Of a DNA stretch of 54,099 nt, positions 22,275 through 29,368 are shown one piece after another. Location of the stretch: NCBI GenBank assembly GCA_016866675.1, contig VGLO01000001.1, positions 1-54,099 of the forward strand, written 5' to 3'. The notes below the pieces were generated by a model. It searched no databases. It was not told where the DNA came from and saw only the letters and a program-made list of their open reading frames with translations. The stretch's first letter is position 1, and every line of letters starts with the position of its first letter. A program made the position numbers and the translations under genes. Source of the DNA: Candidatus Staskawiczbacteria bacterium (GTDB lineage: Bacteria; Patescibacteriota; Minisyncoccia; Minisyncoccales; Staskawiczbacteraceae).

Positions 22275-23000
22275 CTATTTAATATACTGTTCCCAATCTT
22301 TAGGTAAATCAATTTTCAAATGAATATCCTTATCTCCAGTAGCTGATTTAAATGATAATCCTGTTGCACAAAGAGCAATGGAATTATTATCTTGCCATTC
22401 ATCAGTCCCCTTTTTTTGATCCTGTCTGCCGGTAGACAGGTGTTCTTTGTCTCCTAGAATTGGATGACCTAATTCAGCCATTTGAATTCTGATTTGGTGA
22501 AACCTTCCGGTTTTGGGTAAAATTTCAAGTAAACTATATTTTCCGTTTGACTTTACCACTTTATAACTTAACTCAGCTGTTCTTGTTTTAGTAGCCTTTT
22601 TAACAGCCTCTAAAATTTCCTTATCACTTTTTTTTGCAAATCCTTCAGCAAAAAATGAAACCTTACTCACCTTCTCTTTTAGCTCTCCTTGTTTTTCTTT
22701 TAATTCCCCAAAAACAATTGCATTGTAAGTTTTTTGTATGGCGTGGTTGCGAAACTGCTCTGACAACCTTGAGGCTCCTTTAGATGTTTTCGCAAAAACC
22801 ATAATTCCTGTGACAGGCTTGTCCAGTCTATGAACAAGACCCAAAAAAACATTTCCGGGCTTATTATACTTTTCTTTTAAGTAATTTTTAACTTCGTCAA
22901 AAATACTAGGTTTTCCTGTCATATCACCATGACTCAAAACACCCGCTGGTTTTAACACTGCTATTATATGGTTGTCTTCGTATAAAACTTTTAATTCCAT
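22275..23000 (-). CDS. RluA-family pseudouridine synthase
   Basis: HRLDKPVTGIMVFAKT (catalytic Asp motif) and GRFHQIRIQMA. Confidence 0.85.
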   Translation of the reverse strand: MELKVLYEDNHIIAVLKPAGVLSHGDMTGKPSIFDEVKNYLKEKYNKPGNVFLGLVHRLDKPVTGIMVFAKTSKGASRLSEQFRNHAIQKTYNAIVFGELKEKQGELKEKVSKVSFFAEGFAKKSDKEILEAVKKATKTRTAELSYKVVKSNGKYSLLEILPKTGRFHQIRIQMAELGHPILGDKEHLSTGRQDQKKGTDEWQDNNSIALCATGLSFKSATGDKDIHLKIDLPKDWEQYIK

Positions 23001-23066
23001 TTTAAGTATGATACAGGTAAATTAGAGTACTTTCAATTCCCCTCTCAAAAGAAAGGAGGAGAACGC

Positions 23067-23348
23067 ATGAGGATCAGCTTTTTCAATTACCGCTTGGAAT
23101 TGAAAAAGGGATCGTCCAATGGCCCATTTCTTAGTGTTAATTGGCCATTGGTTGACCTGCCCGTTGCAGGTTCGAAGTTGGCCTTCGCAGTTTTGCGGAA
23201 CGGCCAGTCGAGTAAGGAAAGGATTGTCAATTCTGAAGTCTTAGTTGTCCAAGAAAGGGACAACTCCGCCCTAATTTGGGTGGACATGGAGGAGCTGAGT
23301 GATGAAGAGTTCGTTGGAAATTGGCGAAACTATTCGCCACCACATTAA
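23067..23348 (+). CDS. orphan protein (93 aa), SD-led, locally GC-rich
   Basis: AAGGAGGAG lies 5 nt upstream of the ATG. Hairpin CCCCGCAACAATGTTGCGGGG at about 23358-23386. Confidence 0.5.
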   Translation: MRISFFNYRLELKKGSSNGPFLSVNWPLVDLPVAGSKLAFAVLRNGQSSKERIVNSEVLVVQERDNSALIWVDMEELSDEEFVGNWRNYSPPH

Positions 23349-23388
23349 TTTCGCCTAAACCCCGCAACAATGTTGCGGGGTTGAACAT

Positions 23389-23682
23389 TTAGACTAATAA
23401 TCTTTTAATCCTTTCTGCTTCCCCTTCTACAACGCTACCGTCATATTCTCCACTGTGACCAGTTGAGCCCTCATATGAAGGCTTTTTTTGGTCCAAGTGT
23501 AAGTTAAATGAAAACCCATCACCACTTTCTTTAATATATAAATGAAACCTTGGATAATCTGCTCCGCCCATTTTTCTAATTACGCTAAACTCCCCTGCTT
23601 TCTGAAAATAAGCCGGCTGATATCCAATTGTCCTCATAATGTCGTTTATACTTTTATTAATATTAGTAATTGAAAATTCCAT
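23389..23682 (-). CDS. conserved-looking hypothetical protein, tandem paralog A (97 aa)
   Basis: MEFSI...IGY...YPRFHLY...LHLDQKKPSY..GHSGEYDG...E.ERIK. No SD. Confidence 0.6.
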   Translation of the reverse strand: MEFSITNINKSINDIMRTIGYQPAYFQKAGEFSVIRKMGGADYPRFHLYIKESGDGFSFNLHLDQKKPSYEGSTGHSGEYDGSVVEGEAERIKRLLV

Positions 23683-23775
23683 ATTTTTTATTTTCCCGAC
23701 GCCAAAGCCGTAAAGGATCCGCGTATGAATTTAATCACATTAAATTTATCGGGACAAATTGCATTTTTAGTTTGA

Positions 23776-24081
23776 TTATTCGTTAATTGATTTTTTTATT
23801 ATTCCTTTAATTCTATTGGTCTCCACTTTTATTTCATTACTACTATATATATCAAGTTTATCCAGTAAGCTTTCTCTCAAAGTTTCTTTTTGGTCAATAT
23901 GAAGTCTAAATAAAATTGAGCCATTTTTACGCTCACCATATAGATGGAATTTTGGATAAGAGATACTTCCCGACTGCCTCAACATAGAACAAATACCTTT
24001 TTCGTGAAACTTAATTTCACTATACCCAATTAATTTTGCAATATCAGTAATACTCATCTGTGTTTTAATACTGAATTCCAT
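23776..24081 (-). CDS. hypothetical protein, tandem paralog B (101 aa)
   Basis: MEFSI...IGY...YPKFHLY...LHIDQKE... aligns with paralog A but lacks the SYEGSTGHSGEYDG segment. Confidence 0.6.
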   Translation of the reverse strand: MEFSIKTQMSITDIAKLIGYSEIKFHEKGICSMLRQSGSISYPKFHLYGERKNGSILFRLHIDQKETLRESLLDKLDIYSSNEIKVETNRIKGIIKKSINE

Positions 24082-24083
24082 AG

Positions 24084-24125
24084 TTGCTAAAAATTTTACT
24101 TTATGATACTATTTTTTCAGCACAA
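24084..24125 (+). promoter_or_regulatory. cassette promoter TTGCTA-17-TACTAT-6-AGCACAA
   Basis: -35 at 24084-24089, TG-extended -10 at 24107-24112, conserved start AGCACAA at 24119. Confidence 0.55.
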
Positions 24126-24160
24126 GAACAAGTTCTCTAGTCTCGCCAAGGGAGCGACAT

Positions 24161-24391
24161 ATGTACTATCTGATTATGGTAAAGCCTTCAGAAATTTTTG
24201 ATGGAGCTGAATGCGTTAGTCTGGAATTTGAGATATCTCGCAACAATCTAGAAGCAATCAAACAGTCTGAGAAAATTGCCTCTGAAGTAAAATTTAAGAT
24301 GCCTAATGGTCAAACCTGCAAAGGAGCTCCCGTGGCTCTTAGAGAATGGGGCGGAAACGACCCTCAACCTACAATTATTAAACAGTGGTAA
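24161..24391 (+). CDS. small orphan protein (76 aa), SD-led cassette
   Basis: AAGGGAG upstream of the ATG. Terminator ATCTCG...CGAGAT plus T8 at about 24400-24429. Confidence 0.5.
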   Translation: MYYLIMVKPSEIFDGAECVSLEFEISRNNLEAIKQSEKIASEVKFKMPNGQTCKGAPVALREWGGNDPQPTIIKQW

Positions 24392-24428
24392 TATTTTATA
24401 ATCTCGTACGCCCAATGCGAGATTTTTT

Positions 24429-24470
24429 TTGACAAAGTTTCCTCCATAGAATAACGTATAAACAGCACTT
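24429..24470 (+). promoter_or_regulatory. cassette promoter TTGACA-17-TAACGT-6-AGCACTT
   Basis: -35 at 24429-24434, -10 at 24452-24457, conserved start AGCACTT at 24464. Confidence 0.5.
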
Positions 24471-24506
24471 AAACAACAAATTTAACAAAAAGAAAAGGAG
24501 TTTACA

Positions 24507-24722
24507 GTGAAAGCATTTCTTAGTTTCATGATATTGCTCCTATTAATAACAGGAATAATACTTACAACTATGCTATTGATCTTACACTCAAGCCCTGCCG
24601 AGGGAGCATGGTTGGCGACTATCGCCTATCTCATACTTGGCACAATATTCACTGTGCCAAACCTTTTTCCGCAGACACACCACCCGGACTGTTACTTTGA
24701 CCTTCAGGAGGACTGGCAATGA
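24507..24722 (+). CDS. small two-TM membrane protein (71 aa), GTG start
   Basis: AAAGGAG lies 7 nt upstream of the GTG. Two hydrophobic helices. Confidence 0.5.
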   Translation: MKAFLSFMILLLLITGIILTTMLLILHSSPAEGAWLATIAYLILGTIFTVPNLFPQTHHPDCYFDLQEDWQ

Positions 24723-24892
24723 AAAATGAAGAGATTGTCGCGAGAGTAAGAGCTTTGGTCAAAAGCTATAATGAAGCATACGAGGGTCTTTTCACAAGAT
24801 TTGAACCAAATTACAGTAAAATAAGGAAAGAGAAGTTAAAACTTCAAGCAGAACTTACCACCGAACTTCGCAAAATTCTCTCTTTGCAATAG
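24719..24892 (+). CDS. small helical protein (57 aa), translationally coupled (ATGA overlap); below the ORF-track cutoff
   Basis: My own translation is MKNEEIVARVRALVKSYNEAYEGLFTRFEPNYSKIRKEKLKLQAELTTELRKILSLQ. The start overlaps the stop of 24507-24722. A terminator-like hairpin follows at about 24900-24927. Confidence 0.45.
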   Translation: MKNEEIVARVRALVKSYNEAYEGLFTRFEPNYSKIRKEKLKLQAELTTELRKILSLQ

Positions 24893-24927
24893 TCTATATC
24901 CCCAGCTCGCCGCTGTGGGATTCTTTA

Positions 24928-24966
24928 TTGACAAATTATTTATTTTGTAATATTGTATTATCTAGA
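24928..24966 (+). promoter_or_regulatory. cassette promoter TTGACA-17-TATTGT, start near AGAACC
   Basis: -35 at 24928-24933, -10 at 24951-24956. The sequence around the start (TCTAGAACCTT) closely resembles the 13021 cassette. Confidence 0.5.
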
Positions 24967-24988
24967 ACCTTCAATAAAGGAGAGTGTT

Positions 24989-25246
24989 ATGAAGTACAGA
25001 CTTCTCTATCAAATCTGGAGCTATGATGTGGTGACGGGGATGAGATACAGAGAAGAGCAATTAGAGGCACCAGATGACGAAATGGCCAAAACCCTTCTTT
25101 CTCAATTCTCTTTTAACCTAAAAGAGAGAGTTCATAGACTGCAAATCAAAGCATTTTTCATTAGAGAATTATTTCAGGCAGGCGAGCACCCGGATGAAGA
25201 TCGGCTCGTGATACGACTAGATACTGCCTCTACCTGGACGCCTTGA
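24989..25246 (+). CDS. small orphan protein (85 aa), SD-led cassette
   Basis: AAGGAGAG lies 6 nt upstream of the ATG at 24989, so the track start at 24953 is less likely. Confidence 0.5.
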   Translation: MKYRLLYQIWSYDVVTGMRYREEQLEAPDDEMAKTLLSQFSFNLKERVHRLQIKAFFIRELFQAGEHPDEDRLVIRLDTASTWTP

Positions 25247-25286
25247 GTTTTTTGCCAGTTGCCCCAGCATCTGGTTTTTTATTTAC

Positions 25287-25328
25287 TTGATAATTATAAT
25301 TTTTTATTATATCCTACAACCAGCACAA
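25287..25328 (+). promoter_or_regulatory. cassette promoter TTGATA-17-TATCCT-6-AGCACAA
   Basis: -35 at 25287-25292, -10 at 25310-25315, conserved start AGCACAA at 25322. Confidence 0.5.
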
Positions 25329-25342
25329 AGGAGGAATTATTA

Positions 25343-25546
25343 ATGGAAGACTATGAATGGGAATACTGTGTTTTTTCTCATAATGCTCAAAGCCGAGAAA
25401 TCTATGATTTCACTGCCGAAGATGATAATAAAGCAGTCTGCATAGTAAGAGGAAAGAAAAGAGATATGGAAAGAATTTACAGGAAAGTTAAACACGTTGG
25501 ACTATTCCGAAAGTTAAAGATTATCAATGTAAGCTTCTTTAACTAA
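25343..25546 (+). CDS. small orphan protein (67 aa), SD-led cassette
   Basis: AAAGGAGG lies 9 nt upstream of the ATG at 25343. Terminator AAGACACGTATATGTGTCTT plus T-run at 25547-25568. Confidence 0.5.
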   Translation: MEDYEWEYCVFSHNAQSREIYDFTAEDDNKAVCIVRGKKRDMERIYRKVKHVGLFRKLKIINVSFFN

Positions 25547-25567
25547 GACACGTATATGTGTCTTTTT

Positions 25568-26620
25568 TTATCCGTGTTTAAACTCTATTACATCACCATC
25601 GCGAACCACATACTCCCTTCCTTCGGTTCTAATTTTTCCTGTCTCACGAGCTTTGGCGTAACTTCCTGCTTTTAGTAAATCTTCCCAAAAAATAACTTCA
25701 GCTTTTACAAATTTTTGCTCAAAGTCACTATGAATTACACCGGCAGCTTGCGGAGCTTTGTCCCCCTTATGAATTGTCCAAGCACGCGTTTCATCTTCTC
25801 CTGTGGTCAAAAATGTTTGTAGTCCCAATAGTTCGTACGATTTTTTAATTAAAATATCTGTCCCTGATAATTCAGGCAAACCTAATTCAATTCTTTCTTG
25901 TCTAGACAAGTTATCTGCATCAACTTCAGTCCCCACATCAACAATAACATAGTTTTTTAGAGTGTTTTTAAGTTCATCACCTACTTCTTCTGGCTTTCCA
26001 TTTAATAAATATAGTCTTGGCTTAAATGTTAAAAGTTGAAAGTTTTTCAAAATCTCTATTTCATCATCTGACCATTCTTGATCAACTAATATTTTTTGTT
26101 GACTTAAAAATTCTTTAGCTTTTATTAAGACAGCATGCTCTTTAATCCCCTCTTTCTTTCCGGCACGCAAATCTCCTGATAAACCATCAATTCTTTTATC
26201 AACGGTTTCTAAATCTTTTAAAATGAGCTCCACATCTAAAATTTCTTTATCTCTTAGAGGATTCACATCATTTTGAGTATTAATAATATCTGAATTACCA
26301 AATACTCGTAAAACATAAACAATAGCATCTGTTTCTCTAATATTTGCCAAAAACTTATTTCCCAACCCCTCTCCTTCAGATGCACCTTTTACTAAGCCGG
26401 CAATATCAACAAAGTCTACGGTGGCATATATTTTTTTTGCAGATTTTGAAAAATCTGATAACTTATGCACTCTTTCATCTGGAACCAAAACAACCCCAAC
26501 AGAGGGGTCAATTGTGGCAAACGGATAATTTGCAATCAGTACCTGTTTTTTAGTTAATGTTTTAAATAGTGTGGATTTACCAACATTCGGTAACCCAACT
26601 ATTCCTATTGATAAACTCAC
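25568..26620 (-). CDS. ychF: redox-regulated ATPase YchF (Obg-like)
   Basis: GIVGLPNVGKSTLF P-loop, DIAGLVKGAS, C-terminal TGS-like end YVVRDGDVIEFK. GTG start. Confidence 0.9.
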   Translation of the reverse strand: MSLSIGIVGLPNVGKSTLFKTLTKKQVLIANYPFATIDPSVGVVLVPDERVHKLSDFSKSAKKIYATVDFVDIAGLVKGASEGEGLGNKFLANIRETDAIVYVLRVFGNSDIINTQNDVNPLRDKEILDVELILKDLETVDKRIDGLSGDLRAGKKEGIKEHAVLIKAKEFLSQQKILVDQEWSDDEIEILKNFQLLTFKPRLYLLNGKPEEVGDELKNTLKNYVIVDVGTEVDADNLSRQERIELGLPELSGTDILIKKSYELLGLQTFLTTGEDETRAWTIHKGDKAPQAAGVIHSDFEQKFVKAEVIFWEDLLKAGSYAKARETGKIRTEGREYVVRDGDVIEFKHG

Positions 26621-26684
26621 TTTTTGAATAATACAGTATTTTTAAGCAAAATAAAAGTCCCGACGAGATGTCGAGACATTATTG

Positions 26685-26924
26685 CTATCCTTTTTTGTGT
26701 TTTCCATTTTTACCATTTTTTGGCAGAAGTGGCTTTTGCCATTCCGGTGGTCTTCCGGTTTCGTTCATATATTTTAGAAGATTTTCAAGGGGAATTCTTC
26801 TGAATGTTCCAACCATGTATCCCTTTATATTGCCTCTATCAAATTCTCTGATAATGGTTTGTTGAGAGCACCTACAAATTTTAGCTGCCTCTGCGGTTGA
26901 AAAAATATCTGGATAGTTTTTCAT
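26685..26924 (-). CDS. excisionase-family (MerR-superfamily) helix-turn-helix DNA-binding protein
   Basis: FSTAEAAKICRCSQQTIIREFDRGNIKGY... is typical of excisionase-type HTH. GGAGGTG lies 5 nt upstream of the ATG at 26924. Terminator hairpin plus TTTTATTTT at about 26650-26684. Confidence 0.7.
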   Translation of the reverse strand: MKNYPDIFSTAEAAKICRCSQQTIIREFDRGNIKGYMVGTFRRIPLENLLKYMNETGRPPEWQKPLLPKNGKNGKHKKG

Positions 26925-26951
26925 TTCCACACCTCCAAATCTGGTAATACT

Positions 26952-26994
26952 CACGACGCAATAATAAAGAAAATTTCTGCACTATTGCGTCGTG
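26952..26994. repeat. perfect 12 bp inverted repeat CACGACGCAATA / TATTGCGTCGTG (19 nt spacer)
   Basis: Read directly from the sequence. It lies between the trhO-like stop and the HTH gene RBS. Confidence 0.8.
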
Positions 26995-27010
26995 GGTAAA
27001 TTTTAATGAA

Positions 27011-27877
27011 CTATACCGGCAAGACTGGGCGTAATTTTTTTCTGTATTTTAATATACAATTATTGCAACAGATAACTTTTTTTGATGGCCTCATTGAGTC
27101 ATCATTATAAAAGTCTTCTGACTTTTTATTGCAGTATCTGCACTTTCCTACTATTTCCCTTTTTACATTTTCAACAACAGAAGTCAACATTCTGTTATCA
27201 AAAACAAACAAACTTCCCTTAAAATGTTTCCCAGGAAATTTTTTAATATAGGTATGTATTCCGTCTTTTAGTTGATATAGGTTTTTAAAACCCCTGTCTT
27301 TTAGTAAGACAGTTGCCTTTTCGCATCTAATTCCACCTGTACATACTGCCACCACCTTCTTGTCCTTTAAATTATCTAATTTTCTTAACTTGGCAGGTAA
27401 ATCTCTAAATTTTCTCAAATTTGGATTAACAGTATTTTCAAAATAACCAGCATCAATTTCAAAATCATTTCTTAAATCAAGTACCACAAAATCTTCCTTT
27501 TTTTCATACATTTTATCAAGCTGTGTAGCAGTAACCACTGGAGCTGTATCCCTCTTAATATTTAAAGAGCCGACTCCTAATGTAACTACCTCTTCTCTTA
27601 CTTTTACTTTTAATTTGCCGAATGCATTGCCATTTCCTTTACTCTCCTTGAAAACAACATCTTTAAAAACTTTTTGCTCACGCAATTTTTTAATGTATAA
27701 TTTAACATTTTTAGTAGTCCCCTCAAGGGTTGCATTAACCCCCTCTTTAGCAATAAGCATTCTGCCTGTTAAACCAAAAGACTCAGCAATTTTTCTTTGT
27801 TTTATTTTAAAAGAATCCGGATTTTTTATCGGAGTAAATTTATAAAATAGTATAATGTTGTACTTATTACCTTTCAT
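27011..27877 (-). CDS. trhO: rhodanese-domain protein, UPF0176/TrhO-like (tRNA U34 hydroxylase family)
   Basis: ILFYKF N-terminal domain, rhodanese active-site loop CTGGIRCEK, C-terminal Cys cluster. The start is set at MKGNKYN (27877) because the longer track ORF overlaps tRNA-Ala. Confidence 0.75.
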   Translation of the reverse strand: MKGNKYNIILFYKFTPIKNPDSFKIKQRKIAESFGLTGRMLIAKEGVNATLEGTTKNVKLYIKKLREQKVFKDVVFKESKGNGNAFGKLKVKVREEVVTLGVGSLNIKRDTAPVVTATQLDKMYEKKEDFVVLDLRNDFEIDAGYFENTVNPNLRKFRDLPAKLRKLDNLKDKKVVAVCTGGIRCEKATVLLKDRGFKNLYQLKDGIHTYIKKFPGKHFKGSLFVFDNRMLTSVVENVKREIVGKCRYCNKKSEDFYNDDSMRPSKKVICCNNCILKYRKKLRPVLPV

Positions 27878-27895
27878 ATTTGGTCTAAAAAAAAG

Positions 27896-27972
27896 TGGTG
27901 GACCTGACTGGACTCGAACCAGCAACCTCCTCATTGCAAATGAGGCGCTCTAGCCAATTGAGCTACAGGCCC
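27896..27972 (-). tRNA. tRNA-Ala(UGC), CCA encoded
   Basis: Reverse complement GGGCCTGTAGCTCAATTGGCTAGAGCGCCTCATTTGCAATGAGGAGGTTGCTGGTTCGAGTCCAGTCAGGTCCACCA forms a cloverleaf with G3:U70 and anticodon loop TTTGCAA. Confidence 0.9.
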
Positions 27973-28015
27973 ATATGTTTGATATTATATCAAACTTTAT
28001 TTAATTTCCAATACC

Positions 28016-28477
28016 TCATACTACTTTTAATATTTTGATTTTTACCTTTTTTCCCTTAACTTCGTAGCCAAATTCCTCGTCAACTTTCCTTCCTATTAAT
28101 TTTCCTCCTAATGGCGACTGGTAAGAAATTTTGTTTTTTAAAATATCTGCTTCAGTTGGACCAACAAGACTATAAACTTCTTCCTTTCCATCAAATAAAA
28201 TTTTGACTTCAGAACCAACCTGTATGACTCCCCCTTCTTTTTTCTCAACAACAATAGCATCGTTAATAGCATTTTCTAACTGCTCAATTCTTCCAAGCAA
28301 ATAAGACTTTGCATTTCTTGCATCATGATAGGCTGCGTTTTCTTTTAAGTCACCAAAAGCGGCCGCTTCAGCTATTAGCTTTACAATTCTTCTCATTTCT
28401 GTGGTTTTTAAATCCTTTAACTCGTCTTTTAACTTTTTTAGTCCGTCTTTAGTAAAATATTGTACCATTGAAGTCAT
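28016..28477 (-). CDS. greA: transcription elongation factor GreA
   Basis: N-terminal coiled coil (LKENAAYHDAR) and C-terminal FKBP-like domain. Confidence 0.9.
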   Translation of the reverse strand: MTSMVQYFTKDGLKKLKDELKDLKTTEMRRIVKLIAEAAAFGDLKENAAYHDARNAKSYLLGRIEQLENAINDAIVVEKKEGGVIQVGSEVKILFDGKEEVYSLVGPTEADILKNKISYQSPLGGKLIGRKVDEEFGYEVKGKKVKIKILKVV

Positions 28478-28637
28478 GGAGGCAGGTCGCTCGCCCTTAC
28501 CGCCCTCGCCCTACTAAGGCTAGCTCTACGGTTCTGGTCTCGCTCTTTCAAAACCCTCTGTTTTGAATTATTTCCTACACGGGGAAACCGAATTTTCCCC
28601 GACCCCCCCTCCAGTTGTATTAATTTTAAGTAATCGT
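28478..28637 (-). promoter_or_regulatory. GC-rich structured 5' leader of greA (about 160 nt)
   Basis: The closing helix GGAGG..GGTCG (5') pairs with CGACC..CCTCC, which abuts the ATG. Internal hairpins GGGGAAA-ATTCGG-TTTCCCC and CAAAAC-AGAGG-GTTTTG. Confidence 0.4.
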
Positions 28638-28643
28638 ACAGTT

Positions 28644-28671
28644 ATACTATCAAAATTCTTAAAAATTTCAA
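28644..28671 (-). promoter_or_regulatory. greA promoter TTGAAA-16-TAGTAT (TG-extended)
   Basis: Minus-sense TTGAAA (28671-28666) and TGATAGTAT (-10 at 28649-28644). Confidence 0.45.
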
Positions 28672-28705
28672 GTAAAAGAAAAGTCACTCACGAGCGTAAG
28701 TGACT
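28668..28705 (-). terminator. intrinsic terminator ending the 16S transcription unit
   Basis: Minus-sense AGTCACT-TACGCTCGTG-AGTGACT followed by TTTTCTTTT. Confidence 0.6.
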
Positions 28706-28715
28706 CAAGAAAAAT

Positions 28716-28810
28716 GCCAGATAACTAAGGTGTCCGGTTGCCCATGAAGCTGGCCGTCACCATTCGGCCGAGGAGGTAGCAACCGTCGGTTTCAACCAAA
28801 GTTATCTGGC
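28716..28810 (-). ncRNA. 95 nt long hairpin element displaying ACCUCCU in an internal loop
   Basis: Stem GCCAGATAACT..GG / CC..AGTTATCTGGC, inner stems CGGTTGC/GCAACCG and GGCCG/CGGCC. Minus-sense UACCUCCUC (28771-28777 on plus) is unpaired in this fold. Confidence 0.4.
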
Positions 28811-29368
28811 AATATTTTAGTGAAAAGCTGAGCAGTCAATCACCGTTCCAGACGAGACAACGAGTCTCAGTCAACAACTGACTGCTCAGCAAAAGAGCAA
28901 AGTGCTAGACAGCTAGCAGATGTCAATGCGGATTTTTGAACCCAGCGCAGTTCTGACCTACGCAGTCAAAACCTTGATTCAAAAATATACAATGACGGCT
29001 TGTGGCTCCCCATTTGACCCAACAAGCCAAACCTGTTAACTGTCTAGCGAACTAGACAATCAATGAATTCCACGCAACCCGCCGAGGTTATAAGAATTCA
29101 TCAACTGTCCAGAAAATTACTTACTAATTTTAGTAAACAATTTACTAGACAGTCTCATTAACCAAATTAATTTAAATTAGTTTCTTTAAGTTGCTTCGAA
29201 TAGTTGGTTTTTTTGTCGAAACCAGCAAAAACGCATATCTATTGAAAGAGATTATTAATTCTTCGCAAAAGCTTCGACCGGCTTGCGCCAGGCGCCTTAG
29301 CGAAAAATATTTCTCTCGCAATATAGTCAACGCTCAATATCTTGGTAAAACCAAAATATTTAAAAAAA
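28811..29368 (-). other. structured 16S 3' trailer (series of 7-12 bp hairpins, no ORF)
   Basis: Hairpins include GCTGAGCAGTCA...TGACTGCTCAGC, ATTTTTGAA...TTCAAAAAT, GGCTTGT...ACAAGCC, TGTCTAG-CGAA-CTAGACA, ATGAATTC...GAATTCAT and ACTGTCCAG...CTAGACAGT. The 8-mer CTAGACAG recurs in both orientations. Confidence 0.5.

Noticed and set aside
27878-27934. The N-terminal extension of the trhO-like ORF
   Set aside because: It overlaps tRNA-Ala on the same strand. The family-typical N-terminus starts at MKGNKYN.
26685-27972. An integrated mobile element at tRNA-Ala, suggested by the excisionase-like HTH
   Set aside because: There is no integrase/recombinase, no tRNA 3' end duplication and no phage or conjugation genes within reach.
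28478-28640. The greA upstream GC-rich block as tmRNA or RNase P RNA
   Set aside because: There is no tRNA-like acceptor/T-arm with CCA, no GAGGAAAGUCC or ACAGAAxCCGGCUUA boxes, and it is far too short.
28716-28810. The long hairpin as SRP (4.5S) RNA, because the plus-sense GGCCGAGGAGGUAGCAACC resembles GGxCCGGAAGGxAGCAxC
   Set aside because: The apical loop is 8 nt rather than a GNRA tetraloop. The AGCA context and 5' strand do not match domain IV, and the flanking terminator indicates minus-strand transcription.
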